NCBI GenBank assembly: GCA_963775955.1 | Contig: CAVZKT010000005.1 | Coordinates: 7,422-71,421 of the forward strand | From: Candidatus Moraniibacteriota bacterium | GTDB lineage: Bacteria; Patescibacteriota; Minisyncoccia; Moranbacterales; UBA2206 | Reading direction: 5' to 3' | DNA length: 64,000 nucleotides | In this document: positions 55,208 through 64,000 of the stretch, one piece after another | Numbering within the stretch: position 1 is the stretch's first letter | Layout: every line of letters begins with the position of its first letter | The notes under the pieces: model-generated | The model's input: only the letters and a program-made list of their open reading frames with translations | Databases searched by the model: none | Told to the model about the DNA's origin: nothing | Translations under genes and position numbers: made by a program

Positions 55208-55269
55208 ATGTATAGTATAGCATAACTAAAAATTAAGTCAACCATTTTTTCTTTATTGTAACTGCGATC

Positions 55270-56196
55270 CTACCCCTTCAAATAATTGTAAATGCTCCTG
55301 GCGGCGATGGCGCCTTCGGCGCAGGCAGTGATCACCTGGCGGAATTTATCGGAACCAGTGGTGATGTCGCCGGCCGCCCAGACGCCGTCTATATTCGTAG
55401 CAGAATCCGGCTTTATTTTTATACAGCCTTCTTCGTCAGTTTCCAGCCCCAGACTTCCGGCAAAATCAAGATTCGGCGCTGATCCGGCTTCAATAAAAAG
55501 CCCGTTAATATCAAGTGTTTCTGTGTTTTTATATTTTTTATCCAGCCTTATTTTTTGCAATTTTCCCGCGCCAGAAATTTCTGAAATATTTGTGTTATAA
55601 ATGACTTCTATTTTCGGATTTTTTTCAATTAGCTTTATCCAGAACGGTTCCGCGCGCAATTTATCTTTGCGATAGATTAAATAGACTTTTTCCGCCATGC
55701 CGGCCAGATACACCGCCGCGCCCGCCGCGCTGTCTGATCCGCCGATAACCGCCACGATTTTATTTTTATGAAAAAATCCGTCGCAGGTGGCGCAATATGA
55801 AACGCCCTTGCCCAAAAATTCTTCTTCGCCTTTTGCGCCTAATTTTCTGTGCTTTGTCCCCGCGGCCAGCAAGATCGCCTGGCTTTGCATGTTTTCTTTG
55901 CCGCCAATTTCCACTTCAAAACCGCGCTCTGTTTTTTTAATATTTTCAACTCTCGCCGGCACAATTTCCACCCCGTATTTTTGCGCGTGATGCGCCAGTT
56001 TTTGAGAAAATTCAAAGCCGGTTGCATCTTCAATGCCCGGATAATTGTCAATCAGATGCGTCTCGGATATCAGCCCGCCCAAAAGTTCGCCAATAATTAT
56101 ATGCCGGACGCCAGAGCGCGAAGCATAAATAGACGCCGAGAGCCCGGCCGGCCCGGCGCCAATAATAATTAGTTCATACGGCTTGTTTTTCCCCAT
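55270..56196 (-). CDS. trxB: thioredoxin-disulfide reductase
   Basis: IIIGAGPAGLSASIYASR, redox CATCDG, GGSDSAAGAA. Confidence 0.9.
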   Translation of the reverse strand: MGKNKPYELIIIGAGPAGLSASIYASRSGVRHIIIGELLGGLISETHLIDNYPGIEDATGFEFSQKLAHHAQKYGVEIVPARVENIKKTERGFEVEIGGKENMQSQAILLAAGTKHRKLGAKGEEEFLGKGVSYCATCDGFFHKNKIVAVIGGSDSAAGAAVYLAGMAEKVYLIYRKDKLRAEPFWIKLIEKNPKIEVIYNTNISEISGAGKLQKIRLDKKYKNTETLDINGLFIEAGSAPNLDFAGSLGLETDEEGCIKIKPDSATNIDGVWAAGDITTGSDKFRQVITACAEGAIAARSIYNYLKG

Positions 56197-56207
56197 GCTT
56201 GTTTTTC

Positions 56208-56657
56208 TTATATTGGAAACTGCCGTTCATAAAATCCTTTCAGCACCGCTTTATCCAAAACATGCCCGTCTATCCTTTTTTTAATATCCTTCTTCTCCAG
56301 CTCCGGATCCGCCGGAAGCATAGTGTCAATAGCATACAGCTTGAAAATATAAACGTGCGTCCCGCTGGACGGGCAGGGTCCTCCGTAACCGGTCTTCCCA
56401 AAACTGTTTCGCCCCTCCGTGGCGCCTTCCGGGACACTGTTCTTTTTCATTTCCCCGGTTTCCGGCCTAATGTTCCAGACCACCCAATGGACCCAGTCGC
56501 CGCCGGGAGCATCCGGATCGTTCACAAATAAAACCAAACTGGCCGTTTCCTCCGGAATATTGTAAATCTCCAGCGGAGGATTAATATTGTCCCCGTCGCA
56601 AGTATATTTTGCGGGGATATATTGGCTCTCCCTGAAAGCCGGGCTTTTTAATTCCAT
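56208..56657 (-). CDS. YbhB/YbcL (PEBP/Raf-kinase-inhibitor-like) family protein
   Basis: VNDPDAPGGDWVHWVVWNI and GYGGPCPSSGTHVYIFKLYA. Confidence 0.85.
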   Translation of the reverse strand: MELKSPAFRESQYIPAKYTCDGDNINPPLEIYNIPEETASLVLFVNDPDAPGGDWVHWVVWNIRPETGEMKKNSVPEGATEGRNSFGKTGYGGPCPSSGTHVYIFKLYAIDTMLPADPELEKKDIKKRIDGHVLDKAVLKGFYERQFPI

Positions 56658-56690
56658 ATTGTTGCCGCGCCGCGTTTTTCCGCGGGCTTA

Positions 56691-57845
56691 TTAATTTTTT
56701 ATCGGCATTACGATATAAATATAGTCTTCTAAAACTTCGCCGGTTTTTTCGCTTATCTCTTTAATCGCCACCGGGGCTGTTCCGCTATTAATAAGAATGG
56801 CTACCCGGGAAGCTTCAATGGTGTTTATTCCGTCTAAGAGATAGCGTGAGTTAAACACAACATCCTGGTTTTCCCCCGTTATGTCCAGTTTGAGTTCTGA
56901 GATGTTTTCCCCGACCTCAACACTCCTGGCCTCGATTGAAACGATTTTCTTCCCCTGGTCGGTTTTTAGCCTGATTTCGCTGGTTTTCCCGACGGTGAAT
57001 ATGCTCGCCATTTTTATCGCGCTTTGCAGTATCCCTTTTTCTCCCACAATGCGCGTTTTATAATCCTTGGGCATTATATGCTTGTAATCCGGATATTTTC
57101 CGTTAATCAGCCTGGAAACCAGCGTTGCCCCGTTAATTTCAAAAAATATCTGCCCCTCCTCAATGGTTATTTTCACCATAGTGTCTTCCTCCGCGATGAT
57201 GCGTCCCACTTCCAGCAAGGTAACCGCCGGGATTATAATGCTTTCTTTTTTTGAAAGCAGGGCATGATAAAGCTCTTTGTTTATGTCTTTTTCAGAAAGC
57301 GCCACACGGTGTTCAGCTAACCGGAAACTGTCAGTAGCCGCGAAAAACAGCTCTTTTTCGCCAAAAACCACATTCACCCCCGTCAATTCCTGCCGGGTTT
57401 CATTAAACGCCACCGCTATTATTACTTTTTTTATTATATTTATCAGTTTTCCTCCCTCTATTTGCAAGTGAAAAGCGCTCTTTTTTTGCGGAATCAAGGG
57501 AAAATCGGCGGCCGACAAGCCTTTCAAGGAGCCCCGGCTGGATCCGCTTTTTATTTTAAACACCTGCCCCTCGCCTTCAATTTGAATGTTTTCTCCGGCT
57601 GGCAAGTTATTCACAAAATTGCTTAATAGTTTCGCGGGCAAGGTGATCTTTCCCTCTGTTTCTACTTTTGCTCCGATTTTTACCACCACTCCCATTTCCA
57701 AATTGGTAGCGGATAATTGCAGCCCCTTTTTACTGACTTCCACTAAAATATTATTTAAAATTGGCAAGGTTGTTTGTTTTGAAACAACTCTTTCAGAATT
57801 AAAAATAGCCCTTTTAAGATTTTCTTGCGTGCATTCTAGTTTCAT
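56691..57845 (-). CDS. dnaN: DNA polymerase III beta sliding clamp
   Basis: 384 aa, three-domain clamp pattern. Position directly downstream of dnaA. Confidence 0.95.
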   Translation of the reverse strand: MKLECTQENLKRAIFNSERVVSKQTTLPILNNILVEVSKKGLQLSATNLEMGVVVKIGAKVETEGKITLPAKLLSNFVNNLPAGENIQIEGEGQVFKIKSGSSRGSLKGLSAADFPLIPQKKSAFHLQIEGGKLINIIKKVIIAVAFNETRQELTGVNVVFGEKELFFAATDSFRLAEHRVALSEKDINKELYHALLSKKESIIIPAVTLLEVGRIIAEEDTMVKITIEEGQIFFEINGATLVSRLINGKYPDYKHIMPKDYKTRIVGEKGILQSAIKMASIFTVGKTSEIRLKTDQGKKIVSIEARSVEVGENISELKLDITGENQDVVFNSRYLLDGINTIEASRVAILINSGTAPVAIKEISEKTGEVLEDYIYIVMPIKN

Positions 57846-58099
57846 ATAATTATATTGTATAAATATTTAAAATTTATTATTACTATATTAAAAAAAAGCA
57901 ATTTAAAGGGAAGTTAGAAAAAGGCTTAAATAAGGGCAAATATGAGCAAAAACAGGAGGTATAATTTATGGACAAGCTATGCGTAAAGAGGTTTTTTGTG
58001 AACCAGCCGGGGGAAAAAAGAGCGAAGCAAAAAAAAGGAAGAAAGAAGTAACAGGAAAACCGGGTAAAACAGGCGGCTTGTAAACAATGAAAAAAGAGC

Positions 58100-58108
58100 T
58101 TATCCACA
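58100..58108. promoter_or_regulatory. perfect DnaA box TTATCCACA
   Basis: Read directly, 6 nt downstream of the dnaA stop, in the dnaA-dnaN spacer. That spacer also holds a very AT-rich tract at 57846-57900. Confidence 0.55.
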
Positions 58109-58113
58109 AGATA

Positions 58114-59502
58114 TCAACTGAGAGAATAAAGTTTTTCCCGCAAAAAAGCAACATCCTCAATTAATTTCTCGTCAGCTTCCAATTCTTTGGTTATTTTGTC
58201 GTAGGCGTGAATAGCCGTGGTGTGGTCTCTCCCGCCCAGCTTTTCTCCTATGCCCGGGAAGGAATATTGCAGTTCCATGCGCATTAAATACATAGCAATC
58301 TGGCGCGGCCGGACCACTTCTCTTTTCCGGCCCTTTATTAAAAGATCTTCCGGGCGGATATCGTAGAAATCGGAAACTATCTGCAGAATGTGTTTATGCG
58401 TTACTCCTCTTTTCCTGCCGCTGGAAATAAGCTCGGAAAGCACTGAAGAAGCAAACTTGGCGTCAACCGGAGCGTGCTTGGCAAGTTGGGCGGAAACAGC
58501 CACTCGCGTAAGGGCGCCCTCCAGCTCGCGAATGTTGTGGGTTATGTTAGAGGCAATAAAGCCCAGTGCCTCATCGCTAATGTCCATGTCTTCAGTGGAA
58601 GCCTTTTTACGCAGAATGGCCATTCTGGTTTCAAGATCGGGGCGGGAAACATCAGCGATCATTCCGCCCTCGAAGCGCGAGCGAAGCCTTTCTTCCAGGG
58701 TCGGTATCGCCTTGGGAGCCCGGTCGCTGCTTAAAACAATTTGCTTGTTAAGCTGGTAAAGAAAATTAAAAATATGGAAAAATTCTTCCTGCGTTTTTTC
58801 TTTCCCGGATAAAAACTGGACATCATCAATGATTAAGAGGTCAATTTTTTGGTAATGATTTTTAAAAAGCGCGACTTTCTGGTTTTTTATGGAATCAATA
58901 AGTTCTGTGGTGAATCTTTCAGAGGTTATATACTTTACTTTTTGAGAGGGGTCTCTTCTGAGAGCCTCGTTGCCTATGGACTGCAGCAAATGGGTTTTAC
59001 CCAGGCCCACCCCGCCGTAAATAAAGAGCGGATTGTATACTTTTCCGAGGCTTTGGGAAACAGCGTAGCAGGCGGCGCGAGCCAGTTCATTGCTGCCGCC
59101 AACCACAAAGTTGTTGAAAGTGTACTTCGGGTTCAAATTGCTTTCCTGGCTTATTTTAGCCGCTTTTTGGATAGGGATGGCAGCGCCTGGCAGAAAAGGG
59201 CGGGAAGGCGCGGGAATAACCGCGTCAACCGAATTGGTTTTTTGGCTGAAATTTTCCGGGGTGGCGATAACACAGGAAACTTCCCTGATTTCCGGTTTTG
59301 CATTGCGCAGGGATCGCAAAATATACAAATTATATTTATTTTCCAGCCATTCTTTAGCAAATCCATTGGGGACGCCAATAACAACCTTGTCATTTTCCGC
59401 GGATAAAATGCAAGTATTTTTAAACCAAGTAATAAAGTTGGCCTTAGAAATAGAAAGCTCTATTTCCCCCAAAGCCGCTTGCCAAAGATCTTCGTTTGTC
59501 AT
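58114..59502 (-). CDS. dnaA: chromosomal replication initiator DnaA
   Basis: 462 aa. GGVGLGKTHLLQ, IDDVQFL, and a C-terminal DNA-binding domain (..RQIAMYL..GGRDHTTAIHA). Confidence 0.97.
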   Translation of the reverse strand: MTNEDLWQAALGEIELSISKANFITWFKNTCILSAENDKVVIGVPNGFAKEWLENKYNLYILRSLRNAKPEIREVSCVIATPENFSQKTNSVDAVIPAPSRPFLPGAAIPIQKAAKISQESNLNPKYTFNNFVVGGSNELARAACYAVSQSLGKVYNPLFIYGGVGLGKTHLLQSIGNEALRRDPSQKVKYITSERFTTELIDSIKNQKVALFKNHYQKIDLLIIDDVQFLSGKEKTQEEFFHIFNFLYQLNKQIVLSSDRAPKAIPTLEERLRSRFEGGMIADVSRPDLETRMAILRKKASTEDMDISDEALGFIASNITHNIRELEGALTRVAVSAQLAKHAPVDAKFASSVLSELISSGRKRGVTHKHILQIVSDFYDIRPEDLLIKGRKREVVRPRQIAMYLMRMELQYSFPGIGEKLGGRDHTTAIHAYDKITKELEADEKLIEDVAFLREKLYSLS

Positions 59503-59708
59503 ATTTGTGGCGGCGCAAGCTATAAATTAGACTGTTAAAAAAGTATATCATACGCGCGCGGATACGTCTAAGGCGAAAGACTGATCAACTTGTTGATAAA
59601 CTGTGCGTTGCTTAAATGTTTTATAGCAAGAGAAAAAAATAATGTAAACCCCTACGCCAAAATGTCATTGGTGTAGGAGTAGAGAAGCAGGCAATTGGCC
59701 GGCAAAAA

Positions 59709-59737
59709 TTGACTTTTGGCTTCCGAATTGGTACACT
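59709..59737 (+). promoter_or_regulatory. candidate rpmH promoter
   Basis: TTGACT (59709-59714), a 17 nt spacer, then TACACT (59732-59737). The hairpin TTCCGC-gaa-GCGGAA at 59770-59784 lies in the leader. Confidence 0.4.
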
Positions 59738-59807
59738 TTGAGGTAGTAAAAATTTCCCCCAGTTAAATATTCCGCGAAGCGGAAGTTAACGGGGTAAATA
59801 AAAAAAT

Positions 59808-59945
59808 ATGAGCCAGACATACAAACCAAAAAAGACCAGACGCAGGAAAAGGCACGGATTTTTAAAGCGGAACCGGACAAAAGGAGGAAGAAAAGTGCTA
59901 AAAGCCAGGCGTCAAAAAGGCCGAAAAAAATTAACCAGGGCGTAA
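59808..59945 (+). CDS. rpmH: 50S ribosomal protein L34
   Basis: 45 aa: [45 protein letters not shown]. Below the ORF-track size cutoff. Confidence 0.9.
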   Translation: MSQTYKPKKTRRRKRHGFLKRNRTKGGRKVLKARRQKGRKKLTRA

Positions 59946-59951
59946 GCGAAT

Positions 59952-60302
59952 ATGTTACCGGCGGAAAAACGGCTGAAACAAAAAAAAGATTTTTCAAAAA
60001 TTCAACGCTATGGGCGGCGCTTTGCGGCGGACGGTTTGCAATTGCAATGCCTGGAAAACAGGCAGGGTCCGGCTAGGATCGGATTCATAGTCGGGGCAAA
60101 GTTTTCAAAAAAAGCTGTTGAACGGAATGCGCTAAAAAGAAGATTGCGGGAAATATTCAGGCAGGAAACAAAGAACATGAAAGCCGGCGCAGATATCGTT
60201 GTGTCGGCAAAGGGCAGCGCCAGCGGAAAGGAAACATATAAAGCATTGCAAAAAACAGTTGGCGAGTTGCTGCAAAAAAGCAATTTATTAAAAAAAGGTT
60301 AA
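59952..60302 (+). CDS. rnpA: RNase P protein component
   Basis: 116 aa. ..RIGFIVGAKFSKKAVERNALKRRLREIFR.. and the conserved rpmH-rnpA order. Confidence 0.9.
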   Translation: MLPAEKRLKQKKDFSKIQRYGRRFAADGLQLQCLENRQGPARIGFIVGAKFSKKAVERNALKRRLREIFRQETKNMKAGADIVVSAKGSASGKETYKALQKTVGELLQKSNLLKKG

Positions 60303-60407
60303 TACCGTTACAACTTAAACAATTATAACTATATTGCCTGGAAAATCTATCAGGCAAGATCACCTTATAAAGCTAAAACTAGCATGAATTTAAGTTGTAA
60401 CGGTATT
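60301..60407. repeat. perfect 19-bp inverted repeat enclosing a 69-nt segment with an inner 7-bp hairpin
   Basis: AATACCGTTACAACTTAAA (60301-60319) pairs with TTTAAGTTGTAACGGTATT (60389-60407). The inner hairpin is TTGCCTG-n10-CAGGCAA (60335-60358). Confidence 0.75.
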
Positions 60408-60418
60408 AAGAAAAAACA

Positions 60419-61189
60419 ATGGCATTTTTATTCAACGAAATCATATATAAGCCGATTTATAACCTGCTGATTTTTGCGTATTCGGTTATCCCCCTTCATG
60501 ATTTTGGCGTGGCCATAATTTTAGTAACGATTGTTATTAAATTTCTGCTCATTCCCTTAAGCAAGAAGCAGATTGAGTCACAAAAGAAAATGCAGGAGTT
60601 GCAGCCCAAAATAAAGGAGCTGCAAGCCAAATATAAAAACGACAAAGAAAAGCAAAGCCGGGCGCTGATGGAGCTGTATAAAGAAAAGAAAACCAATCCT
60701 TTTTCGGGGTGTCTGCCCATGATTGTTCAGCTGGTGTTTTTGATAGCCATTTATCGGGTTTTATTCAATATTTCCAACGCCGGTCTTACGGTGAATACCG
60801 CCGATCTTTATTCTTTTGTGCCCAATCCGGGGCAAATCCACCATATGTTTCTAGGCATTATTGACTTGGCTTCCGTGCTCAATCTGGGGAAACTGACGCT
60901 TGGCAGTCTCCCGCAAATTATCCTAATAATCCTGGCAGCCGGATCGCAATATATTCAAACAAAAATGCTGATGGGGAAACAAGCGCCCGCGCCGAGCGGC
61001 GGGAAAGCGGATTTTTCACAAATGATGTCCAAACAAATGTTGTATCTCGGCCCCCTCCTTACTTTGTTTATCGGAATAAAATTTCCAGCCGGTCTTGCTC
61101 TTTACTGGCTTGTGTCAACCGTGTTTATGATTGTCCAACAGTCTTATCTTCAGAAAAACGAACTGCCGGAAGCCAAAAAAGTTAATTAA
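60419..61189 (+). CDS. yidC: membrane protein insertase YidC (short form)
   Basis: 256 aa. ..PFSGCLPMIVQ.. and ..FPAGLALYWLVS... Confidence 0.9.
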   Translation: MAFLFNEIIYKPIYNLLIFAYSVIPLHDFGVAIILVTIVIKFLLIPLSKKQIESQKKMQELQPKIKELQAKYKNDKEKQSRALMELYKEKKTNPFSGCLPMIVQLVFLIAIYRVLFNISNAGLTVNTADLYSFVPNPGQIHHMFLGIIDLASVLNLGKLTLGSLPQIILIILAAGSQYIQTKMLMGKQAPAPSGGKADFSQMMSKQMLYLGPLLTLFIGIKFPAGLALYWLVSTVFMIVQQSYLQKNELPEAKKVN

Positions 61190-61208
61190 TATTATCGTCT
61201 TCATCTGT

Positions 61209-61688
61209 ATGGAAAAAACATTTGATATAAAAAAGATTATCGGGGAAACAGTGAAAGAGCTTGTTAAAAAGATGGGTTTTGGTTGCGATGTGGAAATAAA
61301 AGAACAGGGCAGCGAATCCGGGGAGATTATTATTTGTAACGTCAAAACCGCCGACTCTAATTTTTTAATCGGGCAATATGGCGTGAACCTGCAAGCTCTC
61401 CAGCACATCGCCCGGCTCTTAGTGCGCAAAAAAACAGAAGAAAAAACAAACTTTACGGTAGACGTTAATTCATATCGGGAGGAAAAAAATGCTTCCATTG
61501 AAAAAATGGCGGAAGATTTGGCCGGGCAGGTTATTCGCGAAAAGAGAGCCATAGTAATGCGTCCAATGTCTCCTTACGAAAGAAGGCTGGTGCATCTGGT
61601 TCTGTCGAAAAATAGCCAGATTAAAACAGAAAGCATCGGAGAGGGCGAAGAGCGCAAAGTTGTCATCAAGCCGGCCGGCGCTATTTAG
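61209..61688 (+). CDS. jag: Jag/KhpB-like KH plus R3H RNA-binding protein
   Basis: Starts MEKTFDIKKIIG. GQYGVNLQALQHI (KH) and MSPYERRLVHLVL (R3H). Conserved position after yidC. Confidence 0.8.
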   Translation: MEKTFDIKKIIGETVKELVKKMGFGCDVEIKEQGSESGEIIICNVKTADSNFLIGQYGVNLQALQHIARLLVRKKTEEKTNFTVDVNSYREEKNASIEKMAEDLAGQVIREKRAIVMRPMSPYERRLVHLVLSKNSQIKTESIGEGEERKVVIKPAGAI

Positions 61689-61725
61689 TTTGAAATTTAA
61701 AATTTTAAATTTAAAATTACCGCAG

Positions 61726-63157
61726 ATGGTTATTGCCAGAAAAATAGCCTATAACGTTTTAGCGAGCAGCGTTTCTAAATTTTTTTCAACAGCGCTGGCG
61801 TTAGTTTCTATCGGTTTTATTACCCGCTATTTAGGCAGAGAAGGCTTCGGGAATTACGCGACAGTGCTCGCGTTTTTATCTTTTTTCGCGTCTCTCGCCG
61901 ATTTGGGCCTATATCATATTTCCACGCGGGAAATTTCCCGTCCGGGAGCCGATGAAAAAATGATCATGGGGAATATTTTTACCCTGCGGGTTATTTCGGC
62001 GCTGGGCATCTTGATTGTAGCCCCGATCGTCGTTCTTTTTTTTGATTATCCCCATGAGGTAAAGGAAGGCATCATAATTGCGGCAGCCTCATTTTTATTT
62101 TCTTCCGGCTACCAGGTTTTGAATGGCGTCTTCCAAAAAAATCTGGCTATGGACAGGGTGGCTATTGGAGAATTGGCCGGGAAAATTATCCAGGTGGCCA
62201 CCGTCATTTTGGCGGTTAAATTTCAGCTCAGTTTCGATTGGATTATCGCGTCGCTACTTTTCAATATGATGGCCAGTTTCGGGATTGTGTTTTTATGGTC
62301 AAAAAAATACTTACGTTTCAGCTGGCGTTTTGATTTCGGGTATTGGAAGAAATTTCTCAAAGAATCCCTGCCGATAGGCGTCGGCTCAATTATTATTTTT
62401 GCCTATTTTAAGATGGACACAATTCTGCTTTCGATCCTTAAGACAAGCGAAGACGTGGGCATTTATAACGCGGCTTATAAAGTATTGGAAAACATTTCAT
62501 TTTTTCCGGCTATGATTGTGGGGCTGGTTCTGCCGATCTTATCCAACACTATTTTTACGGATAAAAAAAGATTTGCTGACGTTTCCAATAAGACCTTCAA
62601 AGTTTTTGTTATTTTAGTGGTTCCGCTCATCGTGGGAACACTTTTTCTTTCCAAAGGGATAATTCAGCTTATCGGCGGCGGGCAATTCGCGCAATCCGCG
62701 GCCGTGCTTCAGGTTTTAGTTTTTGCCCTGGCCGCGATTTTTTTCGGAAATTTTTTCAACAACATTTTAATCGCCGGGAACTTGCAAAGGAAGCTGATGG
62801 GTATCTGGCTCTGCGCCGCCATCGGCAATGTCGGGCTTAACCTCGCGCTTATTCCGAAATTTTCTTACGCGGGCGCCGCCTATGTTTCAACCGGTACGGA
62901 AATTTTCGTGGCCCTCTTCGCCTGGTATTATGCCTGGAAAAAACTGGGCTATTTTCCCCGTCCCGGAGAAAACAGCGGGCATTTTCCTGGCGGGCGCGCT
63001 GATGGCAGTGTTTCTTTTTTTCGCGCAGGACCTGAATTTTTTCCTGGCCGCTTTTGTAAGTTCGGCTGTTTATTTTACGGCCCTTTGGATTTTTAAAGCT
63101 GTGAAAACTTCGGAAATAACCAGCCTGGTTAGTAAAAAAGGAGTGGAGAGAATATGA
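61726..63157 (+). CDS. MOP-superfamily polysaccharide/lipid-linked oligosaccharide flippase, C-terminal frameshift
   Basis: The probable start is MVIARKIAYN at 61726. There are 12 or more TM segments. The last two helices continue in ORF 62828..63157 after a shift at a C-run near 62950. Confidence 0.7.
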
Positions 63158-64000
63158 ATATGAACAGTTTCCCTAAAATTTTTATTATCATTCTTAACTA
63201 CAACGGAAAAGACGTCATTAAAAACTGCTTGGCGAGTGTTTTTAAGATTGACTATCCTGATTTTGAAGTTGTGCTGGTTGATAATAATTCCGCCGATGGC
63301 TCTTTTGAATTTGCAAAAGCCAATTTTTCCAAGGCGCACTTTATAAAAAATGAAGAAAATCTGGGGTATGCCGCCGGCAACAACGCCGGTATCCGTTTTG
63401 CTTTGGAGCGCATGGCCGATTATATTTTGCTTCTCAATAACGACACGGAAGTGGAAAAAGATTTTTTGACCAGGCTCGTTGAAAAAGCGGAAAAAGATGA
63501 AAAAATAGGGATAGCCAGCCCGGTAATATTCAACGGACACACGCGCCAGGTCTGGTTTTGCGGGGGAAAAATAAATTGGCGCGCGATGAGGACGGAACAC
63601 AGCCAAAAAATTTTAGTTGAGGATTTTTATGAAACAGGTTTTGCGACCGGTTGCGCTATGCTGGTGCGGGCCGCTGTTTTTAAAGAAATCGGGCTTCTGG
63701 ACGAAGACTTTTTTCTTTACTGGGAGGACGCTGATTTTAGCGCGCGCTCGCGCCGGGCCGGTTTTAAAAATATTGTAGTTGTTGGAAGCTGGGTTTATCA
63801 CTTTGAAAAAAGCGAGGTCAATCTAAAACAAAAAACATACTGGCTGGTCATTTCCGGGCTGATTTTTTTCCAGAAAAACACGCCCCTGCTTCTTAAGCCT
63901 TGGATAAAGTTTTATGTAATACTCCGAAAACTAAAAAATAAAATAGACTTGAAATTCAAAAGAAACGAGCTGGCGGAAATTGTGCGCAAAGCTTATAAAG
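63154..64000 (+). CDS. family 2 glycosyltransferase (3' end outside the window)
   Basis: The ATG overlaps the flippase stop (ATGA). IIILNYNGKDV..VLVDNNSADGS..NLGYAAGNN..DEDFFLYWEDADF. The frame is open to 64000. Not in the ORF track. Confidence 0.85.
   Translation, partial: MNMNSFPKIFIIILNYNGKDVIKNCLASVFKIDYPDFEVVLVDNNSADGSFEFAKANFSKAHFIKNEENLGYAAGNNAGIRFALERMADYILLLNNDTEVEKDFLTRLVEKAEKDEKIGIASPVIFNGHTRQVWFCGGKINWRAMRTEHSQKILVEDFYETGFATGCAMLVRAAVFKEIGLLDEDFFLYWEDADFSARSRRAGFKNIVVVGSWVYHFEKSEVNLKQKTYWLVISGLIFFQKNTPLLLKPWIKFYVILRKLKNKIDLKFKRNELAEIVRKAYK

Noticed and set aside
5089-61722. Possibility that the short tandem repeats are CRISPR arrays
   Set aside because: The units are only about 7 nt, directly abutting with no spacers. 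They span at most 30-60 nt and several lie inside coding sequence. No cas genes are present in the window.
1-64000. tRNA, rRNA or tmRNA genes
   Set aside because: I scanned intergenic gaps by eye for T-loop (GGTTCGAATCC-like) and acceptor patterns and found none. This is a weak negative and should be confirmed with tRNAscan-SE or Infernal.

Overview
AT-rich, gene-dense bacterial window using the standard code (TGA, TAA and TAG all terminate conserved genes). The gene content (LTD/PKD surface protein, FemAB, DUF3048, IVS-type four-helix-bundle protein, reduced versions of core enzymes) suggests a Patescibacteria/CPR-like genome; that is inference only. Core content: lemA, murE, ruvA, rpsT, holA, mutM, polA, tsaE, a tandem GspE/PilB ATPase pair, ruvB, yebC-like, ruvC, PBP1A, trxB, then the origin neighbourhood dnaN-dnaA / rpmH-rnpA-yidC-jag, with a strand switch at about 59.5-59.8 kb. 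Three regions stand out. (1) 26.6-31.4 kb is a tight four-gene operon: a 7TM protein, then three different ATP-grasp amidoligases. One ligase is fused to a retropepsin-like DTGA domain and one to an unassigned ~300 aa domain. (2) 34.0-55.2 kb is an all-minus-strand accessory/defence island. It holds a DpnI-like methyl-directed nuclease, three paralogous AbrB-like small genes behind TACGTA-centred palindromes, a MerR-GHKL ATPase plus STAS-like pair, and AbiEi/AbiEii. It also holds a type I R-M operon with a Shedu-like DUF4263 nuclease and two unknown genes embedded, with hsdR decayed. Gene remnants and a ~125 nt hairpin-rich repeat with compensatory stem changes are present too. (3) Window-wide heptanucleotide tandem-repeat/hairpin elements sit at gene borders and in frame inside conserved genes. 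At least 40 reading-frame disruptions occur, many at homopolymers and several in essential genes. From sequence alone I cannot separate sequencing error from real decay, although hsdR, the second GspE copy and the LTD gene look truly degraded. I saw no tRNA, rRNA or CRISPR array by eye.
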